Shown here: piece after piece, positions 13,531 to 28,059 of the stretch
How the letters are laid out: every line of letters starts with the position of its first letter
How positions within the stretch are numbered: the stretch's first letter is position 1
NCBI RefSeq assembly: GCF_009914755.1
Contig: NC_060933.1
Length of the DNA: 64,000 nt
Reading direction: 5' to 3' (one strand)
From: the human T2T-CHM13v2.0 reference genome, Homo sapiens
Notes under the pieces: model-generated
The model's input: the letters and a program-made list of their open reading frames with translations, nothing else
Database searches by the model: none
What the model was told of the DNA's origin: nothing
Position numbers and translations under genes: made by a program

Positions 13531-16500
13531 GAATGGAATGGAATGGAATGGAATGGAATGGAATGGAATGGAATGGAATGGAATCAACTCGATGGCAATC
13601 GAATGGAATGGAATGGAATTAACCCGAATAGAATGGAATGGAATGGAATGGAACGGAACGGAATGGAATGGAATGGAATGGAATGGAATGGAAAGGAACG
13701 GAATGGAATGGAATGGAATGGAATGGAATCAACGCGAGTGCAGGGGAATGGAATGGAATGGAATGCAATGGAATGGAATCTTCCGGAATGGAATGGAATG
13801 GAATGGAATGGAATGAAAGGCAATGGATTCAACTCGATGGCAATGGAATGGAATAGAATGGAATGGAATGGAATGGAATGGAATGGAAGCAACGCGAGTG
13901 CAGGGGAATGTAATGGAACGGAATGCAATGGAATGGAATCATCCGGAATGGAATGGAATGGAATGGAATGGAATCAACCCGAGTGCAATGGAATTGAGTG
14001 GAATGGAATGGAATGGAATGAAACAACCCGAATGGAATGGAATGGAATGGAGAGTAAGGGAGTTGAATAGAATCAATCCGAATGTAATGGAATGGAATGC
14101 AACGGAATGGAATGCAATGGAATGGAATGGAATGCAATGGAATGGAATCAACCCGAGTACAATGGAATGGAATGGAATGGAATGGAATGGAATGGAATGG
14201 ATTGGAATGCCTTCAAACCGAATGGAATGGAAAGGAATGGAATCAACACGACTGGAATGGAATGGAATGGAAAGGAATGGAATGGAATGGAAAGGTACGG
14301 AATAGAATGGAATGGAAAGAAATGGAATGGAATGGAATGGAATACAATGGAATCGTTCAGAGTGGAATAGGAGGGAACGTATTCGAGTGGAATGGAAAGG
14401 AATGTAATCAACCAGAGTGGAATGGAAGGGAATGGAATGGAATGGAAACTAATAGAATGGAATCAACCCGAGTGGAATGGAATGGAAATGACTGGAATGT
14501 AATGGAATGGAATGGAATGGAATCAACTCGATTGTAATGGATTGGAATGGAATGGAATTGAATGGAATGGAATGGAATTAACCCGAATACAACGGAATGG
14601 AGTGGAATGGAACGGAATGGAGTGGAATGGAATGGAATCAACCCGAGTGCAGGGGAATGGAATGGAATGGAATGCAATGGAATGGAATCATCCGGAATGG
14701 AATGGAATGGAATGGAATGCAAAGCAATGGAATCAACTCGATTGCAATGGAATAGAATGGAATGGAAAGGAATACATTGGAATCAACCCGAGTGGAATGG
14801 AATGGAAAGGACTGGAATGGAGTGGAATGCAATGGAATGGAATGGAATGGAATCAACTCGATTGGAATGGAATGGAATGGAATGGAATGGAATTAACCCG
14901 AATAGAATGGAATGGAATTAAATGGAAAGGAACGGAATGGAATGGAATGGAATGGAATGGAATGGAATCAACCCGACTGAAGGGGAATGGAATGGAATGG
15001 AATGCAATGGAATGGATTCAACTTGAATGGAATGGAAAGAATGGAATCAACACGAGTGGAATGGCATGGATTGCAGTGCAATGGAGTGGAATCAACCCGA
15101 GTACAGGGAAATGGAATGGAATGGAATGCAATGGAATGGAATCATCCGTAATGGAATGGAAAGGAATGGAATGGAATGGAATGGAATGGAATGGAATGGA
15201 ATAGAATGGAAAGGAATCAACTCGATTTCAATGGAATGGAATGGAATGGAATTAACCCGAATAGAATGGAATGGAATGGAATGGAACTGAGTGGAACGGA
15301 ATGGAAAGGAATGGAATGGAATGGAATGCAACGGAACGGAACGTAATGGAATGGAATGGAAGGAATGGAATGGAATCAACGCGAGTGCAGGGGAATGGAA
15401 TGGAATGGAATGCAATGGAATGGAATCTTCCGGAATGGAATGGAATGGAATGGAATCAACCCAAGTGCAATGGAATGGAGTGAAATGGAATGGAATGGAA
15501 TGGAACAACCCGAATTGAATCGAATGTAATGGAGAGTACGGGAGTTGAATAGAATCAATCCGAATGTAATGGAATGGAGTGGAACGGAATGGAATTGAAT
15601 GGAATGGAATGGAATGCAATGGAATGGAATCAACCCGAGTGCAATGGAATGGAGAGGAATGGAATGGAATGGAAGGGAAACTACCCGAATGGAATGGAAT
15701 GTAATGGAGTGTAAGGGAATTGAATAGAATCAATCCGAATGTAATGGAATGGAATGGAACGGAATGGAATGGAATGGAATGGAATGGAATGGAATGGAAT
15801 GGAATGCAATGGAATGGAATCAACCCGAGTGCAATCGAATGGAATCGAATGGAATGGAATGCAATGGAATGGATTCAACTTGAAAGGAATGGAAAGAATG
15901 GAATCAACACGAGTGGAATGGCATGGATTGGAATGGAATGGAATGGAATCAACCCGAGTACAGGGGAATGGAATGGAATGGAATGCAATGGAATGGAATC
16001 ATCCGTAATGGAATGGAAAGGAATGGAATGGAATGGTATAGAATCAACTCGATTGCAATCGAATGGAATGGAATGGAATTAACCCAAATAGAATGGAATG
16101 GAATGGAATGGAATGGAACGGAACGGAATGGAATCGAATGGAATGGAATGGAACGGAACGGAACGGAATGGAATGGAATGGAATGGAATGGAATCAACGC
16201 GAGTGCAGGGGAATGGAATGGAATGGAATGCAATGGAATGGAATCTTCCGGAATGGAATGGAATGGAATGGAATAAAATTGAAATGCAATGGATTCAACT
16301 CGATTGCAGTGGAATGGAATAGAATGGAATGGAATGGAATGGAATGGAATTAACCCGAATAGAATGGAATGGTATGGAATGGAATGGAATGGTACGGAAT
16401 AGAATGGAATGGAACGAATTGTAATGGAATGGAATTGAATGGAATGGAATGGAATCAACGCGAGTGCAGGGGAATGTAATGGAACGAAATGCAATGGAAT

Positions 16501-19500
16501 GGAATCATCCGGAATGGAATGGAATGGAATGGAATGGAATGGAATCAACCCGAGTGCAATGGAATGGAGTGGAATGGAATGGAATGGAATGGATCAACAC
16601 GAATGGAATGGAATGTAATGGATAGTAAGGGAGTTGAATAGAATCAATCCGAATGTAATGGAATGGAATGCAACGGAATGGAACGGAATGGAATGGAATG
16701 GAATGGAATGGAATGCAATGGAATGGAATCAACCCGAGTACAATGGAATGGAATGGAATGGAATGGAATGGAATGGAATGGAATGGAATGGAATGCCTTC
16801 AAACCGAATGGAATGGAAAGGAATGGAATCAACAAGAGTGGAATGGAATGGAATGGAATGGAATGGAATGGAATGGAATGGAATGATACGGAATAGAATG
16901 GAATGGAAAGAAATGGAATGGAATGGAATGGAATGGAATGGAATGGAATGGAATGGAATCGTTCCGAGTGGAATAGGAGGGAATGTATTCGAGTGGAATG
17001 GAAAGGAATGGAATCAACCGGAGTGGAATGGAAGGGAATGGAATGGAATGGAAACAAATAGAATGGAATCAACCGAGTGGAATGGAATGGAAAGGACTGG
17101 AATGGAATGGAATGCAATGGAATGGAATGGAATCAACTCGATTGTAATGGAATGGAATGGAATGGAAAGGAATGGAATGGAATGGAATGGAATTAACCCG
17201 AATACAATGGAATGGAATGGAATGGAACGGAATGGAGTGGAATGGAATGGAATCAACCCGAGTGCAGGGGAATGGAATGGAATGGAATGCAATGGAATGG
17301 AAATAACCCGAATAAAATGGAATGGAATGGAATGAAACGGAATGGAGTGGAATGGAAAGGAATAAACCCGAGTGCAGGGAAATGCAATGGAATGGAATGC
17401 AATGGAATGGAATCTTCCGGAATGGAATGGAATGGAATGGAATGGAATGGAATGGAATGGAATCAACCCGAGTGCAATGGAATGGAGTGGAATGGAATGG
17501 AATGGAATGGAACAACCCGAATGCAATGGAATGTAATGGAGAGTAAGGGAGTTGAATAGAATCAATCCGAATGTAATGGAAGGGAATTGAACGGAATGGA
17601 ATTGAATGGAATGGAATGGAATGCAATGGAATGGAATCAACCCGAGTGCAATGGAATGGAGAGGAATGGAATGGAATGGAATGGAAACTACCCGAATGGA
17701 ATGGAATGTAATGGAGTGTAAGGAAATTGAATAGAATCAATCCGAATGTAATGGAATGTAATGGAACGGAATGGAATGGAATGGAATGGAATGGAATGGA
17801 ATGGAATGCAATGGAATGGAATCAACCCGAGTGCAATCGAATGGAATCGAATGGAATGGAATCCAATGGAATGGATTCAACTTGAATGGAATGGAAAGAA
17901 TGGAATCAACACGAGTGGAAAGGCATGGATTGGAATGCAATGGAATGGAATCAACCCGAGTACAGGGGAATGGAATGGAATGGAATGCAATGGAATGGAA
18001 TCATCCGTAATGGAATGGAATGGGATGGAATGGAATGGAATGGAATGGAATGCAATGGAATGGAATCAACACGATTGCAATCGAATGGAATGGAATGGAA
18101 TTAACCCGAATAGAATGGAATGGAATGGAAGGGAACGGAACGGAATGGAATGGAATGGAATCAACCCGAGTGCAGGGGAATGGAATGGAATGGAATGCAA
18201 TGGAATGGAATCATCCGGAATGGAATGGAATGGAATGGAATGCAAAGCAATGGAATCAACTCGATTGCAATGGAATGGAATGGAATGGAAAGGAATACAT
18301 TGGAATCAACCCGAGTGGAATGGAATGGAAAGGACTGGAATGGAGTGGAATGGAATGGAATGGAATGGAATGGAATCAACTCGATTGGAATGGAATGGAA
18401 TGGAATGGAATGGAATGGAATGGAATTAACCCGAATAGAATGGAATGGAATGGAATGGAACGGAATGGAACGGAATGGAATGGAATGGAATGGAATGGAA
18501 TGGAATGGAATCAACCCGACTGCAGGGGAATGGAATGGAATGGAATGCAATGGAATGGATTCAACTTGAATGGAATGGAAAGAATGGAATCAACACGAGT
18601 GGAATGGCATGGATTGGAATGGAATGGAATGGAATCAACCCGAGTACAGGGGAATGGAATGGAATGGAATGCAATGGAATGGAATCAACCGTAATGGAAT
18701 GGAAAGGAATGGAATGGAATGGAATGGAATGGAATGGAATCAACTCGATTGCAATCGAATGGAATGGAATGGAATTAACCTGCATAGAATGGAATGGAAT
18801 GGAATGGAACGGAACGGAACGGAACGGAATGGAACGGAAAGGAATGGAATGGAATGGAACGGAACGGAACGGAACGGAACGGAGTGGAATGGAATGGAAT
18901 GGAATGGAATGGAATCAACGCGAGTGCAGGGGAATGGAATGGAATGGAATGCAATGGAATGGAATCTTGCGGAATGGAATGGAATGGAATGGAATGGAAT
19001 GAAATGCAATGGATTCAAGTCGATTGCAATGGAATGGAATAGAATGGAATGGAATGGAATGGAAAGGAATGGAATTAACCCGAATAGAATGGAATGGAAT
19101 GCAATGGAACGGAATGGAACGGAATGGAATGGAATGGAATGGAATGGTATGGAATGGAATGGAATGGTACGGAATAGAATGGAATGGAACGAATTGTAAT
19201 GGAATGGAATTGAATGGAATGGAATGGAATGGAATGGAATCAACGCCAGTGCAGGGGAATGTAATGGAACGGAATGCAATGGAATGGAATCATCCGGAAT
19301 GGAATGGAATGGAATGGAATGGAATGGAATGGAATGGAATGGAATCAACCCGAGTGCAATGGAATGGAGTGGAATGGAATGGAATGGAATGGAACAACCC
19401 GAATGGAATGGAATGTAATGGAGAGTAAGGGAGTTGAATAGAATCAATCCGAATGTAATGGAATGGAATGCAACGGAATGGAATGGAATGGAATGGAATG

Positions 19501-22500
19501 GAATGCAATGGAATGGAATCAACCCGAGTACAATGGAATGGAATGGAATGGAATGGAATGGAATGGAATGGAATGGAATGGAATGGAATGAAATGGAATG
19601 ATACGGAATAGAATGGAATGGAACGAAATGGAAAGGAATGGAATGGAATGGAATGGAATGGAATGCAATGGAATGGAATGGAATCGTTCCGAGTGGAATA
19701 GGGGGGAATGTATTCGAGTGGAATGGAAAGGAATGGAATCAACCAGAGTGGAATGGAAGGGAATGGAATGGAATGGAAACTAACAGAATGGAATCAACCC
19801 GAGTGGAATGGAATGGAAAGGACTGGAATGGAATGGAATGGAATGGAATCAACTCGATTGTAATGGAATGGAATGGAATGGAATGGAATGGAATGGAATG
19901 GAATGGAGTGGAATGGAATGGAATCAACCCGAGTGCAGGGGAATGGAATGGAATGGAATGCAATGGAATGGAATCTACCGGAATGTAATGGAATTGAATG
20001 GAATGCAAAGCAATGGAATCAACTCGATTGCAATGGAATGGAATGGAATGGAAAGGAATACATTGGAATCAACCCGACTGGAATGGAATGGAAAGGACTG
20101 GAATGGAGTGGAATGGAATGGAATGCAATGGAATGGAATCAACTCGATTGGAATGGAATGGAATGGAATAGAATGGAATTAACCCGAATAGAATGGAATG
20201 GAATGGAATGGAACAGAACGGAATGGAATGGAATGGAATGGAATGGAATGGAATGGAATCAACCCGACTGCAGGGGAATGGCATGGAATGGAATGCAATG
20301 GAATGGATTCAACTTGAATGGAATGGAAAGAATGGAATCAACACGAGTGGAATGGCATGGATTGGAATGGAATGGAATGGAATCAACCCGAGTACAGGGG
20401 AATGGAATGGAATGTAATGCAATGGAATGGAATCATCCGTAATGGAAAGGAAAGGAATGGAATGGAATGGAATGGAATGGAATGGAATGGAATGGAATGG
20501 AATCAACCCGAGTAGAGGGGAATGGAATGGAATGGAATGCAATGGAATGGAATCATCCGTAATGGAATGGAAACGAATGGAATGGAATGGAATTAACCCG
20601 AATAGAATGGAATGGAATGGAATGGAACAGAATGGAATGGAAACGAATGGAATGGAATGGAATGGAATGGAATGGAATGGTATGGAATGGAATGGAATGG
20701 TACGGAATAGAATGGAATGGAACGAATTGTAATGGAACGGAATTGAATGGAATGGAATGGAATTTAATGGAATCAACGCGAGTGCAGGGGAATGTAATGG
20801 AACGGAATGCAATGGAATGGAATCATCCGGAATGGAATGGAATGGAATGGAATGGAATGGAATGGAATGGAATCAACCCGACTGCAATGGAATGGAGTGC
20901 AATGGAATGGAATGGAATGGAACAACCCGAATGGAATGGAATGTAATGGAGAGTAAGGGAGTTGAATAGAATCAATCCGAATGTAATGGAATGGAATGCA
21001 ACGGAATGGAATGGAATGGAATGGAATGGAATGCAATGGAATGGAATCAACCCGAGTACAATGGAATGGAATGGAATGGAATGGAATGGAATGAAATGGA
21101 ATGATACGGAATAGAATGGAATGGAACGAAATGGAATGGAATGGAATGGAATGGAATGGAATGGAATGGAATGGAATGGAATCGTTCCGAGTGGAATAGG
21201 AGGGAATGTATTCGAGTGGAATGGAAAGGAATGGAATCAACCAGAGTGGAATGGAAGGGAATGGAATGGAATGGAAATTAATAGAATGGAATGAACACGA
21301 GTGGAATGGAATGGAAAGGACTGGAATGGAATGGAATGGAATGGAATCAACTCGATTGTAATGGAATGGAATGGAATGGAATGGAATGGAATGGAATGGA
21401 ATGGAGTGGAATGGAATGGAATCAACCCGAGTGCAGGGGAATGGAATGGAATGGAATGCAATGGAATGGAATCATCCAGAATGGAATGGAATGGAATGGA
21501 ATGCAAAGCAATGGAATCAACTCGATTGCAATGGAATGGAATGGAATGGAAAGGAATACATTGGAATCAACCCGACTGGAATGGAATGGAAAGGACTGGA
21601 ATGGAGTGGAATGGAATGGAATGGAATGGAATGGAATCAACTCGATTGGAATGGAATGGAATGGAATGGGATGGAATTAACCCGAATAGAATGGAATGGA
21701 ATGGAATGGAACGGAACGGAATGGAATGGAATGGAATGGAATGGAATGGAATGGAATCAACCCGACTGCAGGGGAATGGAATGGAATGGAATGCAATGGA
21801 ATGGATTCAACTTGAATGGAATGGAAAGAATGGAATCAACACGAGTGGAATGGCATGGATTGGAATGGAATTGAATGGAATCAACCCGAGTACAGGGGAA
21901 TGGAATGGAATGGAATGCAATGGAATGGAATCATCCGTAATGGAATGGAAAGGAATGGAATGGAATGGAATGGAATGGAATGGAATGGAATGGAATCAAC
22001 TCGATTGAAATCGAATGGAATGGAATGGAATTAACCCGAATAGAATGGAATGGAATGGAATGGAATGGAACGGAACGGAATGGAATGGATTGGAATGGAA
22101 TGGAATGGAATGGAACGGAAAGGAATGGAATGGAATGGAATGGAATGGAATGGAATGGAATGGAATGGAATCAACGCGAGTGCAGGGGAATGGAATGGAA
22201 TGGAATGCAATGGAATGGAATCTTCCGGAATGGAATGGAATGGAATGGAATGGAATGGAATGGAATGGAATAAACCGGAGTGCAATGGAATGGAGTGGAA
22301 TGGAATGGAATGGAATGGAACAACCCGAATGGAATGGAATGTAATGGAGAGTAAGGGAGTTGAATAGAATCAATCCCAATGTAATGGAATGGAATGGAAA
22401 GGAATGGAATTGAATGGAATGGAATGGAATGCAATGGAATGGAATCAACCCGAGTACAATGGAATGGAATGGAATGGAATGGAATGGAATGGAATGGAAT

Positions 22501-22589
22501 GGAATGAAATGGAATGATACGGAATAGAATGGAATGGAACGAAATAGAATGGAATGGAATGGAATGGAATGGAATGGAATGGAATGGAA

Positions 22590-24387
22590 TCGTACCGAGT
22601 GGAATAGGAGGGAATGTATTCGAGTGGAATGGAAAGGAATGGAATCAACCAGAGTGGAATGGAAGGGAATGGAATGGAATGGAAATTAATAGAATGGAAT
22701 CAACACGAGTGGAATGGAATGGAAAGGACTGGAATGGAATGGAATGGAATGGAATCAACTCGATGGTAATGGAATGGAATGGAATGCAATGGAATGGAAT
22801 GGAATGGAATGGAGTGGAATGGAATGGAATCAACCCGAGTGCAGGGGAATGGAATGGAATGGAATGCAATGCAATGGAATCATCCGGAATGGAATGGAAT
22901 GGAATGGAATGCAAAGCAATGGAATCAACTCGATTGCAATGGAATGGAATGGAATGGAAAGGAATACATTGGAATCAACCCGACTGGAATGGAATGGAAA
23001 GGACTGGAATGGAGTGGAATGGAATGGAATGGAATGGAACGGAATCAACTCGATTGGAATGGAATGGAATGGAATGGAATGGAATTAACCCGAATAGAAT
23101 GGAATGGAATGGAATGGAACGGAACGGAATGGAATGGAATGGAATGGAATGGAATGGAATGGAATGGAATCAACCCGACTGCAGGGGAATGGAATGGAAT
23201 GCAATGGATTGGATTCAACTTGAATGGAATGGAAAGAATGGAATCAACACGAGTGGAATGGCATGGATTGGAATGGAATGGAATGGAATCAACCCGAGTA
23301 CAGGGGAATGGAATGGAATGGAATGCAATGGAATGGAATCATCCGTAATGGAATGGAAAGGAATGGAATGGAATGGAATGGAATGGAATGGAATGGAATG
23401 GAATCAACTCGATTGCAATCGAATGGAATGGAATGGAATTAAACCGAATAGAATGGAATGGAATGGAATGGAACGGAACGGAATGGAATGGAATGGAATG
23501 TAATGGAATGGAATGGAACAGAACGCAACGGAACGGAACGGATTGGAATGGAATGGAATGGAATGGAATGGAATGGAATCAACGCGAGTGCAGGGGAATG
23601 GAATGGAATGGAATGCAATGGAATGGAATCTTCAGGAATGGAATGGAATGGAATGGAATGGAATGAAATGCAATGGATTCAACTCGATTGCAATGGATTG
23701 GAATAGAATGGAATGGAATGGAATGGAATGGAATGGAATTAACCCGAATAGAATGGAATGGAATGGAGTGGAACGGTATGGAACCGAATGGAATGGAATG
23801 GAATGGTATGGAATGGAATGGAATGGTACGGAATAGAATGGAATGGAACGAATTGTAATGCAATGGAATTGAATGGAATGGAATGGAATGGAAAGGAATC
23901 AACGCAAGTGCAGGGGAATGTAATGGAACGGAATGCAATGGAATGGAATCATCCGGAATGGAATGGAATGGAATGGAATGGAATGGAATGGAATGGAATG
24001 GAATCAACCCGAGTGCAATGGAAAGGAGTGGAATGGAATGGAATGGAATGGAACAACCCGAATGGAACGGAATGTAATGGAGAGTAAGGGAGTTGAATAG
24101 AATCAATCCGAATGTAATGGAATGGAATGCAACGGAATGGAATGAAATGGAATGGAATGGAATGGAATGGAATGCAATGGAATGGAATCAACCCAAGTAC
24201 AATGGAATGCAATGGAAAGGAATGGAATGGAATGGAATGGAATGGAATGGAATGCCTTCAAAACGAATGGAATGGAAAGGAATGGAATTAACACGAGTGG
24301 AATGGAATGGAATGGAATGGAATGGAATGAGACGGAATAGAATGGAATGGAACGAAATGGAATGGAATGGAATGGAATGGAATGGAA
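22590..24387 (+). repeat. One complete ~1.8-kb higher-order cycle of the satellite (reference example)
   Basis: Seen: the marker TCGTTCCGAGTGGAATAGGAGGGAATGTATTCGAG (variants at 22590 and 24388) recurs 1798 bp apart, with the ordered modules in between (AAA(C/T)TAATAG, GCAAAGCAA, ATACATTGG, GACTGCAGGGG, TTCAACTTGA, TCATCCGTA, TCTTC(C/A)GG, ACGAATTGTA, GAGAGTAAGGGAGTTG, GCCTTCAAA). Confidence 0.8.
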
Positions 24388-27300
24388 TCGTTCCTAGTGG
24401 AATAGGAGGGAATGTATTCGAGTGGAATGGAAAGGAATGGAATCAACCAGAGTGGAATGGAAGGGAATGGAATGGAATGGAATCTAATAGAATGGAATAA
24501 ACCCGAGTGGAATGGAATGGAAAGGACTGGTATGGAATGGAATGGAATGGAAGGGAATCAACTCGATTTTAATGGAATGGAATGGAATGGAATGGAATTA
24601 ACCCGAATGCAATGGAATGGAATGGAATGGAACGGAATGGAGTGGAATGGAATGGAATCACCCCGAGTGCAGGGGAATGGAATGGAATGGAATGCAATGG
24701 AATGCAATCATCCGGAATGGAATGGAATGGAATGGAATGCAAAGCATTGGAATCAACTCGATTGCAATGGAATGGAATGGAATGGAAAGGAATACATTGG
24801 AATCAACCCGAGTGGAATGGAATGGAAAGGGCTGGAATGGAGTGGAATGGAATGGAATGGAATGGAAAGGAATCAACTCGATTGGAATGGAATGGAATGG
24901 AATGGAATTAACCCGAATACAATGGAATGGAATGGAATGGAACGGAACGGAACGGAATGGAATGGAATGGAATGGAATGGAATGGAATGGAATGGAATCA
25001 ACCCGACTGCAGGGGAATGGAATGGAATGGAATGCAATGGAATGCATTCAACTTGAATGGAATGGAAAGAATGGAATCAACACGAGTGGAATGGCATGGA
25101 TTGGAATGGAATGGAATGGAATGAACCCGAGTACAGGGGAATAGAATGGAATGGAATGCAATGGAATGGAATCATCCGCAATGGAATGGAAAGGAATGGA
25201 ATGGAATGGAATGGAATGGAATGGAATGGAATGGAATGGAATCAACTCGATTGCAATCGAATGGAATGGAATGGAATTAACCCGAATAGAATGGAATGGA
25301 ATGGAATGGAACGGAACGGAACGGAATGGAATGGAATGGAATGGAATGGAATGGAATGGAATGGAATCAACGCGAGTGCAGGGGAATGGAATGGAATGGA
25401 ATGCAATGGAATGGAATCTTCCGGAATGGAATGGAATGGAACGGAATGGAATGGAATGGAATGGAATGGAATAAACCCAAGTGCAATGGAATGGAGTGGA
25501 ATGGAATGGAATGGAATGGAACAACCCGAATGGAATGGAATGTAATGGAGAGTAAGGGAGTTGAATAGAATCCTTCCGAATGTAATGGAATGGAATGGAA
25601 AGGAATGGAATTCAATGGAATGGAATGGAATGCAATGGAATGGAATCAACCCTAGTGCAATGCAATGGAGAGGAATGGAATGGAATGGAATGGAAACTAC
25701 CCGAATGGAATGGAATGTAATGGAGTGTAAGGGAATTGAATAGAATGAATCCGAATGTAATGGAATGGAATGGAACGGAATGGAATGGAATGGAATGGAA
25801 TGGAATGGAATGCAATGGAATGGAATCAACCCGCGTGCAATCGAATGGAATCGAATGGAATGGAATGCAATGGAATGGATTCAACTTGAATGGAATGGAA
25901 AGAATGGAATCAACACGAGTGGAAGGGCATGGATTGGAATGCAATGGAATGGAATCAACCCGAGAACAGGGGAATGGAATGGAATGGAATGCAATGGAAT
26001 GGAATCATCCGTAATGGAATGGAAAGGAATGGAATGGAATGGAATGGAATGGAATGGAATCAACACGATTGCAATCGAATGGAATGGAATGCAATTAACC
26101 CGAATAGAATGGAATGGAATGGAATGGAACGGAACGGAATGGAATGGAATGGAATGGAATAGAACGGAACGGAATGGAATGGAATGGAATGGAATGGAAC
26201 GGAACGGAATGGAATGGAATGGAATGGAATGGAATGGAATGGAATGGAATCAACCCGACTGAAGGGGAATGGAATGGAATGGAATGCAATGGAATGGATT
26301 CAACTTGAATGGAATGGAAAGAATGGAATCAACACGAGTGGCATGGCATGGATTGGAATGGCATTGAATGGAATCAACCCGAGTACAGGGGAATGGAATG
26401 GAATGGAATGCAATGGAATGGAGTCATCCGTAATGGAATGGAAAGGAATGGAATGGAATGGAATGGAATGGAATGGAATGGAATGGAATCAACTCGATTG
26501 CAATCGAATGGATTGCAATGGAATTAACCCGAATAGAATGGAATGGAATGGAATGGAACGGAACGGAACGGAATGGAATGGATTGGAATGGAATGGAATG
26601 GAATGGAACGGAAAGGAATGGAATGGAATGGAATGGAATGGAATGGAATGGAATGGAATGGAATGGAATGGAATCAACGCGAGTGCAGGGGAATAGAATG
26701 GAATGGAATGCAATGGAATGGAATCTTCCGGAATGGAATGGAATGGAATGGAATGGAATGGAATGGAATAAACCCGAGTGCAATGGAATGGAGTGGAATG
26801 GAATGGAATGGAATGGAACAACCCGAATGGAATGGAATGTAATGGAGAGTAAGGGAGTTGAATAGAATCAATCCGTATGTAATGGAATGGAATGGAAAGG
26901 AATGGAATTGAATGGAATGGAATGGAATGCAATGGAATGGAATCAACCCGAGTACAATGGAATGGAATGGAATGGAATGGAATGGAATGGAATGGAATGA
27001 AATGGAATGATACGGAATAGAATGGAATGGAACGAAATGGAATGGAATGGAATGGAATGGAATGGAATGGAATGGAATGGATTCAACTTGAATGGAATGG
27101 AAAGAATGGAATCAACACGAGTGGAATGGCATGGATTGGAATGGAATGGAATCAACCCGAGTACAGGGGAATGGAATGGAATGGAATGCAATGGAATGGA
27201 ATCATCCGTAATGGAATGGAAAGGAATGGAATGGAATGGAATGGAATGGAATGGAATCAACTCGATTGCAATCGAATGGAATGGAATGGAATTAACTTGC

Positions 27301-28059
27301 ATAGAATGGAATGGAATGGAATGGAACGGAACGGAACGGAACGGAATGGAATGGAATGGAATGGAACGGAACGGAACGGAACGGAACGGAATGGAATGGA
27401 ATGGAATGGAATGGAATGGAATCAACGCGAGTGCAGGGGAATGGAATGGAATGGAATGCAATGGAATGGAATCTTGCGGAATGGAATGGAATGGAATGGA
27501 ATGGAATGAAATGCAATGGATTCAACTCGATTGCAATGGAATGGAATAGAATGGAATGCAATGGAATGGTAAGGAATGGAATTAACCCAAATAGAATGGA
27601 ATGGAATGCAATGGAATGGAATGGAACGGAACGGAACGGAATGGAATGGAATGGAATGGAATGGAATGGAATGGAATGGAATGGTACGGAATAGAATGGA
27701 ATGGAACGAATTGTAATGGAATGGAATTGAATGGAATGGAATGGAATCAACGCCAGTGCAGGGGAATGTAATGGAACGGAATGCAATTTAATGGAATCAT
27801 CCGGAATGGAATGGAATGGAATGGAATGGAATGGAATGGAACAACCCGAATGGAATGGAATGTAATGGAGAGTAAGGGAGTTGAATAGAATCAATCCGAA
27901 TGTAATGGAATGGAATGCAACGGAATGGAATGGAATGGAATGGAATGGAATGCAATGGAATGGAATCAACCCGAGTACAATGGAATGGAATGGAATGGAA
28001 TGGAATGGAATGGAATGGAATGAAATGGAATGATACGGAATAGAATGGAATGGAACGAA